From Longimicrobiales bacterium (GTDB lineage Bacteria; Gemmatimonadota; Gemmatimonadetes; Longimicrobiales; Gaopeijiaceae), in NCBI GenBank assembly GCA_041690395.1, contig JAWLHJ010000007.1, positions 128,001 to 192,000 on the forward strand: 64,000 nucleotides of DNA, written 5' to 3'. The stretch's first letter is position 1, and every line of letters starts with the position of its first letter. The notes below the pieces were generated by a model. That model made no database searches. It was not told the DNA's origin and worked only from the letters and a program-made list of their open reading frames with translations. Shown one piece after another: positions 55,518-64,000 of the stretch. Both the position numbers and the translations under genes were made by a program.

Positions 55518-57985
55518 TTGAGAATCGTCGTGACCGCTCCATTGATCACGTTGAGCACGCTGGTCGCGGCGTCGAGCTTCGGATGGGGTCCGTCGGCCTC
55601 CGATCCGGCGGTGCCGTTCCAGGCGCATGCGGCCGAGCTCGGCACGGGGTCCGGCGAGCCGGACTCCTTCCTGGTGTCCGATCAGGCGCTGGTCGACCGG
55701 TACTGCGTGCGATGTCATAGTGACCGACGGCTCCAGGGCAATCTGTCCTTGGAGGACTTCGACGTGGGGGCGCCCCAGGAGCGCGCTGCGGTCGCCGAGA
55801 AGATCATCGTGAAGCTGCGGACGGGGATGTGCCTCCGCCCGGCGCGAACCGCCCCGCCGGTGACTCCCTGCAGCTCCTGGTCGAAGCCATCGAGCGCCGC
55901 GTCGATGCCGCCGCCGCCGCTGCGCCCGATCCCGGATCCCGCCCGTTTCAACGCCTGAACCGAGCCGAGTACGGCCGCTCCATCGAAGACCTGCTGGGGC
56001 TCGAGGTCGATGCGGGAGACTTCCTGCCCCTCGACACGAAGGCGGAGAACTTCGACAACATCGCCGAGGTGCAGCTCCTCTCGCCGACGCTACTGGACGC
56101 GTACCTGAATGCGGCCGCCGAGATCAGTCGACTCGCCGTCGGCGATCCGGATGCCAGCTATTCCGAGCGCACGTACACGGTTCCCGGCTACGTGTCGCAG
56201 GACGAGCGGGTGGAAGGGGCTCCGTTCGGTACGCGCGGCGGCATCAGCGTGGTGCACAATTTTCCGGCGGACGGGGACTACGTGTTCCGATTCGTGCCGG
56301 AGCACACCACGACCGGAGAGGGCTTCTTCGGCCAGATCGCGCGCTACGAGCAGCTCGAGCTTTCGCTGAACGGAGAGCGCGTCGCCCTGCTCGACATCGA
56401 TCAATGGATGACGGTAGCGGACCCCGGAGGCATCTCGATGAGGAGCGAGCCGATCTCCGTGCGGGCGGGGCCACAGCGGGTGACCGCTGCATTCGTCAAG
56501 CGAACCGAGGGACCGGCGGAGGACCTCCTGTCGCCACACGACTGGACGCTGGCGGACCGACACACCGGCATGGGAGGGTACGGTCTCACTCTGTTGCCAC
56601 ATCTGCGTGATCTGGTCATAGCCGGTCCGCGTACGGTCACGGGCGTCTCCGACAACCCGATCCGTGAGCGGATCTTCACCTGCCGGCCCGCTACCCCCGA
56701 CGAGGGCCCGGCGTGTGCCGAGCGCATCCTTTCGCGGTTGGCGGAGCAGGCGTACCGGCGTCCGGTCACGGAGCGGGATCGGGAGGGGATCCTACGCTTC
56801 TACGAGATGGGCGCCGAGGAAGGCGGCTTCGAGGCGGGGATTCGCACGGGAATCCAGGCCATTCTCGCCAGCCCGCACTTCATCTTTCGGTTCGAGGGAC
56901 CCGCGAATGGAGCGGCTCCTGACCACGCGTACCGGATCTCGGACGTCGCGCTCGCCTCGCGCCTCTCGTTCTTCCTCTGGGCCGCGCCTCCGGACGAGGA
57001 GCTTCGTGCCGTGGCGGCGGACGGCCGCCTCGCGGACGAAGCCGAGCTCGAGCGGCAGGTCCGGCGCATGCTCGCCGACCCCCGATCGGAAGCGCTCGCC
57101 ACCAGGTTCGCTGCACAATGGCTCCGGCTGCCCGACCTCGAGAAGGTCCACCCGGATCAGTTCTGGTTCCCGGATTTCGACCAGCAGCTCGCCGATGCGA
57201 TGCGTAGGGAGACCGAGCTCTTCTTCCATAGCCTGGTCCGTGACGACCGACCGCTCTTCGATCTCTACGACGCGGATTACACGTTCGTGAACGAACGCCT
57301 GGCCCGGCATTACGGCATCGAAGGGCCCGTAGGTGACCGCTTCCAGCGCGTCTCCTACCCCGAGGACCAGCAGCGTCGCGGGATCCTGGGCCACGGCAGC
57401 GTCCTGACCCTGACCTCGCATGCGGGCCGGACGTCTCCGGTCTTGAGAGGGAAGTGGGTGATGGAGGTCCTCATGGGGTCGCCGCCTCCTCCTCCGCCGC
57501 CCGGCGTTCCGCCTCTGGACGAGACATCCGACGAGGTGAGCGATGGACGGATGCTGACCACGAAGGACCGGATGGAGATCCACCGGCAGAATCCGACCTG
57601 CAACGCTTGCCATCGCTTCATCGACCCGATCGGTCTCGCCCTGGACAACTATGGTGTTACGGGGAAGTGGCGGATCAAGGAGAACGGTGTCGGGCTCGAT
57701 ACGCGGGGAGAGCTCTACGACGGCACCCCGGTGGATAGCCCCGGCGCGCTGATCGAAGCGCTGCTGGACAGACCCGTCCCGTTGGTCCGGACGTTCACGT
57801 CGAATCTGATGGCATACGCCCTCGGCCGCCTGATCGAGCACCAGGATCAACCCACCGTGCGAGCGGTCGCCCGAGCCGCTGAGCGCGACGACTACCGCAT
57901 GTCCGCCTTCATCCTAGCCGTCGTGAAGAGCGATGCGTTCCGAATGCAGGGAATCGGAGCGCTCACGGACGAAGCGGCGCACTGA
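55518..57985 (+). pseudogene. DUF1592-type (DUF1587/1595/1592/1588/1585) diheme cytochrome-c-domain protein, frameshifted at ~55829 (real lesion or assembly error)
   Basis: First frame has a signal peptide, CVRCH and KLRTGM. Second frame continues PPPG...RLNRAEY...LASRLSFFLW...TSPVLRGKWV...CNACH. Confidence 0.8.
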
Positions 57986-58002
57986 CCCAGGAGCCGGTAC
58001 CC

Positions 58003-59403
58003 ATGGAGTTCATCACTGGAAAGCGACTCGAGCGCCGGACGTTCCTCAAGGGAATGGGTGCGAGCGTGGCGCTCCCGTTCCTCGACGCCATGGTGCCGGC
58101 GGGGAAGACGGTGGCGGAAGGGCGGGCCACCCGGTTCGTCGCCATCGAGCTCGTGCATGGCGCGGCCGGATGCAACGAATGGGGAGCGACCCAGAATCTC
58201 TGGGCCCCCGCGGAGGTCGGACGCGATTTCGACCTGGCACCGAGCTCGCTCAGCCCGCTGGATCCCTGGCGCGAGCATCTGACGATCATCAGCAACACGG
58301 ACGTCCGGATGGCCGAGGCCTTCGCGCCGGGAGAGATCGGGGCCGACCACTTCCGCTCGAGCGCCGTGTTCCTCACCCAGGCGCATCCCAAGCAGACGCG
58401 CGGTTCGGACGTCTTCGTGGGGACGTCGATGGACCAGATCTACGCGCAGCGCTTCGGGCAGGACACGCCGATTCCCTCCATGCAGCTCTGCATCGAGAAC
58501 GTCGACCAGTCGGGTGGGTGCGCATACGGGTACTCCTGCGTCTACACCGACTCGATCAGCTGGGCTTCTCCCGACGAGCCGCTGCCGCTCATCCGTGACC
58601 CGCGCGTCGCCTTCGAGATGCTGTTCGGCGCGGGCGCGACCCCCGAAGAGCGGGCGCGCCGTCGTCGCACGAACCGCAGCATCCTCGACTGGATCGGCGA
58701 CGAGATCTCGTTCCTGCGGAAGGATCTCGGCCCGGTCGACCACCGACGGCTCGAGCGGTACCTCGAGAACGTGCGTGAGCTCGAGCGCCGGATTCAGAGC
58801 GTCGAGGCACAGAACGAGAGCGGCGAGGCACGGGAGCTTCCAGGCGCCCCGGCAGGGGTCCCGGACTCCTTCGAGGAGCACATGCGCCTCATGTTCGACC
58901 TCCAGGCGCTCGCCTTCGCCTCCGACATGACGCGCGTGTTCTCGTTCAAGCCCGGGCGCGACGCGTCTTCGCGGGTGTACCCCGAGAGTGGGACCGACCG
59001 GCCGTTCCACCCCGCTTCGCATCATGGCGGCCGCGAGGAGGCAATCCTCGATTTCGCCAAGATCAACAAGTACCACGTGGGGATGCTGCCCTACTTCCTC
59101 GAGAAGCTGCGCGATCTCGACGAAGGCGGGACGAGCATGCTCGACAAGACGATGATCGTCTTCGGCTCTCCGATGGCCGACGGGAACGTTCATAATCATC
59201 GGCGCTGCCCTCTCGTCGTGCTCGGGAAGGCCGCCGGCCGCCTCGAGGGCAACCTCCACGTGAGGGCCCCCGACGGAACGCCGATGGCGAACGTCATGCT
59301 GAGCCTCATGCACGAGCTCGGAATGGACGACCTGGACAGCTTCGGCGACAGCACCGGGGAATTCACCTTGCGGCTCCCTTCCACGTCGGGGAAGCGAGGT
59401 TGA
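58003..59403 (+). CDS. DUF1552 domain protein
   Basis: Twin-arginine-like RRTFLKG...ALPFLDAM, GYSCVYTDSISW, AFASDMTRV and FGDSTG. Confidence 0.88.
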   Translation: MEFITGKRLERRTFLKGMGASVALPFLDAMVPAGKTVAEGRATRFVAIELVHGAAGCNEWGATQNLWAPAEVGRDFDLAPSSLSPLDPWREHLTIISNTDVRMAEAFAPGEIGADHFRSSAVFLTQAHPKQTRGSDVFVGTSMDQIYAQRFGQDTPIPSMQLCIENVDQSGGCAYGYSCVYTDSISWASPDEPLPLIRDPRVAFEMLFGAGATPEERARRRRTNRSILDWIGDEISFLRKDLGPVDHRRLERYLENVRELERRIQSVEAQNESGEARELPGAPAGVPDSFEEHMRLMFDLQALAFASDMTRVFSFKPGRDASSRVYPESGTDRPFHPASHHGGREEAILDFAKINKYHVGMLPYFLEKLRDLDEGGTSMLDKTMIVFGSPMADGNVHNHRRCPLVVLGKAAGRLEGNLHVRAPDGTPMANVMLSLMHELGMDDLDSFGDSTGEFTLRLPSTSGKRG

Positions 59404-59404
59404 G

Positions 59405-61192
59405 GTGAGCGCCCCGACCAGGACCCGAGGCCGCGGGCTGCTGCCGCTGCTGGTCGCCCTCGTACTTTCGGGCTCCGCCCCGCCGGAGGCGCCCGTCGCG
59501 GATGCGGCCATGAGGGGAGACGTCGATCGCGTCAGCGCCTTGCTCCGGTCCGGTGCGGACGTCGACGCCGCCCAGGGGGACGGCATGACAGGCCTTCATT
59601 GGGCGGCCTATCGTGGGGAGCTTCGGCTGGCCGAGACGCTCCTCGCGGCGGGCGCGAATCCGGAGGCCGTGACTCGAAACGGTAGGTATACACCCCTCCA
59701 CCTCGCCGCCCGCTACGGTTTTTCCGACGTGGTCGAGGCCCTGCTCGCGGCGGCTGCGGACGTGGAGGTCGAGACATCCACGGGAGCCACCCGCCCGCTT
59801 CATCTCGCGGCCGCTTCGGGGCGGGAGGCTGCGGTGCGCGCGTTGCTGGAGAGGGGTGCGGAGGTCGACGCTCGTGAGGAAGGGTGGGGGCAGACCCCGC
59901 TCATGTTCGCCGCGGCGGCCGGGCGGACCGACGTCGTGCGCGCCCTTCTCGAGCACGGCGCGGATGCAGCGCTGAACACCCGTGTGATCGACATCCCGAC
60001 GATGGAAGCGGTGGACCGCACGGCCGGTCAGGCTCGGACGGAGGCCCTCGAGGCGTTTCGAGCAGAGGCCGACGACGAAGGCTCCTGGCGACCGGACCCG
60101 GACCAGGTGCGTGCCGCCGTTCGAGCGGCCCGGGAAGTGCAGGAGGCGAGCTCGATCTCCGACGAGGCTCCCGAGCGCGCCCTCGATGACGATGCGTTCG
60201 TCGGGTATACCGGCCTGGTGGGCGCGCAGGGTGGCCTCACGGCGCTCCTCCACGCCGTCCGCGAGGGCCACACGGAAACCGCGCTCGCATTGTTGGACGG
60301 AGGCGCCGATATCGATCAGCGTAGCGCCGGGGACGGCACCCCGCCGCTGCTCATGGCGACCATCAACGGTCACTTCGACCTTGCGCTGGAACTGCTCCAC
60401 CGGGGCGCCGATCCGAATCTCGCGAGCAAGGCTGGCGCGACCGCGCTCTATACGGCGCTCAACACCCAGTGGGCTCCGAAGGCCCGGTACCCGCAGCAGC
60501 AGGCGTACCAGCAGCAGCGCGCCAGCTATCTGGACGTCATGCAGGCCCTGCTCGACGCGGGGGCGGACCCCGACGCCCGCCTCGATCAGCACCTATGGTA
60601 CATGTCGTACACCTTCGACCTGCTCGGCATCAATGCCGCGGGCTCGACCGCATTCTGGAGAGCGGCCTACGCGACGGACGTGGATGCCATGCGGCTGCTG
60701 GTCGCCCACGGAGCGAACCCGAACATCCCGACCAGAAAGCCGCCGGAGAGACGGCGAGGCGGTGGAGGTGCTGCGGAGGGCCCCGACCCGTCCGGGCTGG
60801 CGCCGGTTCCCGTGGGCGGTCCCGGCGTCTGGCCCATCCACGCGGCTGCAGGGGTCGGCTATGGTCAGGGCTACGCCGGCAACGCGCACCGACACGTGCC
60901 GGATGGATGGCTGCCGTCCATGCGGTATCTCGTGGAAGAGCTAGGCGTCGATGTGAACGCCCGAGACCATGAAGGCTACAACGCGGTTCATCATGCGGCG
61001 GCCCGGGGAGACGACGAGATGATCGCGTTCCTCGTGGAGCATGGCGCGGATGTCACCGCGGTGAGCAGGCTGGGGCAGACGACCGTCGACATGGCCAACG
61101 GCCCGGTCCAGAGGATCCAGCCGTTCCCGTCGACAGTGGCGCTTCTGGAGAGGTTGGGGGCGAAGAACAACCACAATTGTGTGTCCTGCTGA
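59405..61192 (+). CDS. Secreted ankyrin-repeat protein
   Basis: Signal peptide; repeats GMTGLHWAA, YTPLHLAA and GQTPLMFAA; ends NNHNCVSC. Confidence 0.9.
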   Translation: MSAPTRTRGRGLLPLLVALVLSGSAPPEAPVADAAMRGDVDRVSALLRSGADVDAAQGDGMTGLHWAAYRGELRLAETLLAAGANPEAVTRNGRYTPLHLAARYGFSDVVEALLAAAADVEVETSTGATRPLHLAAASGREAAVRALLERGAEVDAREEGWGQTPLMFAAAAGRTDVVRALLEHGADAALNTRVIDIPTMEAVDRTAGQARTEALEAFRAEADDEGSWRPDPDQVRAAVRAAREVQEASSISDEAPERALDDDAFVGYTGLVGAQGGLTALLHAVREGHTETALALLDGGADIDQRSAGDGTPPLLMATINGHFDLALELLHRGADPNLASKAGATALYTALNTQWAPKARYPQQQAYQQQRASYLDVMQALLDAGADPDARLDQHLWYMSYTFDLLGINAAGSTAFWRAAYATDVDAMRLLVAHGANPNIPTRKPPERRRGGGGAAEGPDPSGLAPVPVGGPGVWPIHAAAGVGYGQGYAGNAHRHVPDGWLPSMRYLVEELGVDVNARDHEGYNAVHHAAARGDDEMIAFLVEHGADVTAVSRLGQTTVDMANGPVQRIQPFPSTVALLERLGAKNNHNCVSC

Positions 61193-61249
61193 TGCGGCCC
61201 GGGTGCGACCCGCTCCCGGTGATGACCCCGCTGCTCTCGATCTTGCACC

Positions 61250-61624
61250 TTAGTCCACCTTCGGGTCCGGCGGCTTCCTGAGCTTCTTCTTCCGGCTCCT
61301 GCGGCGCTTGTTCTCCACGCGCTTCCGCTTCTCACGGGCCGGGACCTTGGTCTCCTTCCGCTCCTCCGGCACCCGGTTGTGCTCGACGAGCGCCTCGCGC
61401 AGCCGCTCGAGCGCCTTCCGCCGGTTCCTGTGCTGGCTGCGCTCCTCGCGGGCCACCACCTGGATGCCCGTCGGGCCGTGCGTCAGCCGAACGGCGGATT
61501 CCGTGCGGTTCTGATGCTGCCCACCGGGGCCTCCCGCCGCGAAGGTCTCCACGCGGCATTCGGCCAGGAGCTGGTCGTCATCTTCCGGAATATCGACGGG
61601 TGCTGCCTGATCGGGCTCGGTCAT
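61250..61624 (-). CDS. Peptide-chain-release-factor-like peptidyl-tRNA hydrolase (ArfB-like)
   Basis: GGPGGQHQNRTESAVRL, ERSQHRNR and a basic C-terminal tail; no stop-codon recognition domains. Confidence 0.85.
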   Translation of the reverse strand: MTEPDQAAPVDIPEDDDQLLAECRVETFAAGGPGGQHQNRTESAVRLTHGPTGIQVVAREERSQHRNRRKALERLREALVEHNRVPEERKETKVPAREKRKRVENKRRRSRKKKLRKPPDPKVD

Positions 61625-61692
61625 GTATGGAACTCGTGGGGGCTTCTAGGTACTGTTTCCGGCGCGCAACCTTCACCGCCACCGAGCCGCGG

Positions 61693-62775
61693 ATGATCTA
61701 CGACCGGTCCGACCAGAACCCGGGAGCGAACCTCCTGTTCATGCTGGCATGCCTGGTCGTCGTCGTCTATGGCATGCGCTTCGCGGCCCCGATCCTGCTC
61801 CCGTCGGCGCTCGCTCTCTTCCTGACCGTGCTGAGCCTTCCGGTCATGCTGTGGCTACGGGAGCGCCGTGTTCCGGCCTGGATCGCGATCGTCTTGACGG
61901 TGCTCCTGAACGTAGGGCTGATCGGGCTCCTGGTCACGATCGTGAGCCAGTCGGTCTCCGAGCTCCAGGCGCAGCTCCCGCGCTACATCCAGCTGTTCCA
62001 GGAGCTGCAGGTCTCCTGGTACAACATGATCGAGTCGCGCACGGACATCGTGGTGTCACAGTACCTGACCACGGACCTCGTCGACCCGCTCGCGTTCATC
62101 GACTTCGCCCGCGGCGCGGTCGGCCGTGTGGCCCAGTTCGTGTCCATGACCTTCCTCGTGTTCCTGATCATGGCGTTCATGCTGAGCGAAGCCATGGTCT
62201 TTCCGGCCAAGTTCCGCTTCATCGCCGGGCCCGCCACGAAGAACGAGGATCGTCTGGAGAAGGTCGTGACCGAGGTCCAGACCTACCTCGGCATCAAGAC
62301 GGTCGTCTCCGTGGCGACCGGCCTGCTGCTCGGGACCTGGGCCTGGTTCATGGATCTCGATTTCCCGATTCTGCTCGGGCTGATCGCGTTCCTTCTGAAC
62401 TACGTGCCTACGGTCGGGTCGATCCTGGCGGCGGTGCCGGCCCTCTTCCTGAGCCTGATCCTGGTCGGGACGGTCGCCCATGCCGTGCTGGTGGTCCTCG
62501 GGTACGTCGTCGTGAACACGCTCTTCGGCAACATCCTGGAGCCCAGCCTCATGGGGCGCCGCCTGGGGCTTTCGACCCTGGTCGTCATCCTGTCGCTGCT
62601 CTTCTGGGGATGGGCGTGGGGCCCCCTCGGCGCGCTCCTGTCGGTGCCGCTCACCGTGGTCGTGAAGATCTGGCTGGAGAACACCAAGGACCTCCGGTGG
62701 GTAGCCGTACTTCTCGACAAGACACCGCCACCGGACCCGGTCGACGTTCCGGAACCCGCAGCCGAGGTAGGCTGA
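61693..62775 (+). CDS. AI-2E family transporter
   Basis: YLGIKT, LNYVPTVGS, GNILEP and WGPLGALLSVPLT. Confidence 0.92.
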   Translation: MIYDRSDQNPGANLLFMLACLVVVVYGMRFAAPILLPSALALFLTVLSLPVMLWLRERRVPAWIAIVLTVLLNVGLIGLLVTIVSQSVSELQAQLPRYIQLFQELQVSWYNMIESRTDIVVSQYLTTDLVDPLAFIDFARGAVGRVAQFVSMTFLVFLIMAFMLSEAMVFPAKFRFIAGPATKNEDRLEKVVTEVQTYLGIKTVVSVATGLLLGTWAWFMDLDFPILLGLIAFLLNYVPTVGSILAAVPALFLSLILVGTVAHAVLVVLGYVVVNTLFGNILEPSLMGRRLGLSTLVVILSLLFWGWAWGPLGALLSVPLTVVVKIWLENTKDLRWVAVLLDKTPPPDPVDVPEPAAEVG

Positions 62776-62777
62776 CC

Positions 62778-63287
62778 ATGCCCCGAGTCCCATTCGACGC
62801 GCTCCCCGATCACGGCCGCCTCTGGGTGTTCCCCGTCTCGCGGCGGCTCCAGCCGGACGAGCGCGACCGCCTCCTCGCGGAGGTCGACGCCTTCCTCGGG
62901 AGCTGGGCGGCGCACGGACAGCCGCTCCAGTCCGCCCGCGACCTGGTCGAAGATCAGTTCCTGGTCATCGGCGTGGACGTCGACGCGGAAGCGCCGTCGG
63001 GGTGCTCGATCGATGCCCTGGTGCGGCGGCTCGGGGGCGTGGCCGACGCGCTCGGCATCACGCTCCACGATCAGACCTCGGTTCGCTACCGGGCCGGAGA
63101 CGAGATCCGGACCGCGTCGCGGGCCGAGTTCCGCGCGGCGGCGAAGCAGGGTGAGGTCGGCCCGGACGTGCGGGTGTTCGACACGACGCTCGTGAAGGTC
63201 GAGCAGTTGCGTGCCGGAGCGCTCGAGGCGCCCGCCTCACGCACCTGGCACGGGCGGGCGTTCTTCAGGGAGCAGTTGCAGGACTGA
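62778..63287 (+). CDS. Conserved hypothetical protein
   Basis: GAGG RBS; PFDALPDHGRLWVF...WAAHG...PSGCSID...VFDTT pattern with typical codon usage. Confidence 0.75.
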   Translation: MPRVPFDALPDHGRLWVFPVSRRLQPDERDRLLAEVDAFLGSWAAHGQPLQSARDLVEDQFLVIGVDVDAEAPSGCSIDALVRRLGGVADALGITLHDQTSVRYRAGDEIRTASRAEFRAAAKQGEVGPDVRVFDTTLVKVEQLRAGALEAPASRTWHGRAFFREQLQD

Positions 63288-64000
63288 GTCGGGCGGCCAG
63301 GAAGTCGGCGGTCAGCTCGTCGGCCCAGAAGCGAGGACGCCAGGGCGTGCCCTGCAGGAAGCCCACGTGCCCTCCGACGGGTTCGAGGCTCATCTCCAGC
63401 CGGGGGTTGGCGGCGGCCTCGTCGGTCGGGATCGACGCCCGCGGGAGGAACGGATCGTCCTCTGCGTGGATCAACAGTGTCTGTACCCCTACCGACGACA
63501 GGTAGCCGACGCTGCTCGATGCGGAGTAGTAGTGCTCCGCGCTGTCGAAGCCGTGGAGCGGGGCCGTGAGCAGGTCGTCGAAGCGGCGGAGCGTTCCCGC
63601 GCCGTAGACCGCGCTCAGGTCGACGCGCCCGGACAGGCGACCATCCTTCATGCGGACCTTCCGCTTGAGCGACCGAAGGAAGTACTCGGTGTACGCGCGG
63701 CCCATCCGGGTCTGCTCCAGGAGCTCGCACCCGGCCGCGAGGTCGTAGGGCACCGACATCGCGACGGCCGCGTCCAGGAGTCCACGACCCCCGTCCGGTC
63801 GCTCGCCCATGAGCTTCAGCAGGACGTTTCCACCCAGCGAGAAGCCGACGGCCCCGATGGGTCGTCCGGGGTACCGGGCACGCACCAACTCGAGGACGTG
63901 CGCCGGGTCGGCCGTGGCACCGGAGTGGTAGAAGCCGTCGGCACGGTTCGGCTCACCGCTGCAGCCACGGAAGTTCAGCGCAGCGGGCCACAACCCCCGG
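63265..64000 (-). CDS. YheT-like alpha/beta hydrolase, start outside the window
   Basis: NFRGCSG, YHSG, GFSLGG nucleophile motif, AEDDPF and GGHVGF. Confidence 0.88.
   Translation of the reverse strand, partial: RGLWPAALNFRGCSGEPNRADGFYHSGATADPAHVLELVRARYPGRPIGAVGFSLGGNVLLKLMGERPDGGRGLLDAAVAMSVPYDLAAGCELLEQTRMGRAYTEYFLRSLKRKVRMKDGRLSGRVDLSAVYGAGTLRRFDDLLTAPLHGFDSAEHYYSASSSVGYLSSVGVQTLLIHAEDDPFLPRASIPTDEAAANPRLEMSLEPVGGHVGFLQGTPWRPRFWADELTADFLAARLSPATAP

Noticed and set aside
61250..61624. prfA/prfB fragment or programmed frameshift
   Set aside because: A complete small GGQ protein with a basic tail fits the ArfB-like class; no upstream release-factor domains.
1..64000. CRISPR array, rRNA, integrase, transposase, reverse transcriptase or phage genes
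   Set aside because: No regularly spaced repeats or recognisable motifs for these were seen.

Overview
High-GC bacterial chromosomal window. Gene content suggests Gemmatimonadota; this is an inference, not a database result. The core stretch (about 30.7-51.2 kb) carries glnS with a C-terminal YqeY domain, gltX, a degenerate lexA-like gene, tadA, pyrR-pyrB-pyrC, rpsT, a site-2 protease with scpA-scpB-rluB, trkA-trkH and a tRNA with a CAT anticodon (Ile2-like). The left accessory region holds a surface-lipoprotein cassette (FG-GAP propeller, TPR/CsgG-like lipoprotein, beta-barrel, Ig-like lipoprotein), AsmA, psd flanked by two toxin-less TA remnants, and a 148-bp inverted-repeat-bounded structured element. 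It also holds an XRE regulator with twin perfect palindromes facing a propeller-MFP-TolC-2xRND-barrel cluster. The right region holds an ADOP/MacB permease with PadR, a TauD-type dioxygenase, a frameshifted DUF1592-type diheme gene with DUF1552 and ankyrin partners, an ArfB-like factor, an AI-2E transporter and a YheT-like hydrolase. No CRISPR array, rRNA, integrase or transposase was seen. Best candidates for undescribed biology: the CsgG-like/barrel/Ig/FG-GAP cassette, the LexA lacking its catalytic residues, the 14789-14936 element, the propeller plus dual-RND cluster, and the DUF1592/DUF1552/ankyrin-CxxC module. All family calls come from motif recognition by eye.
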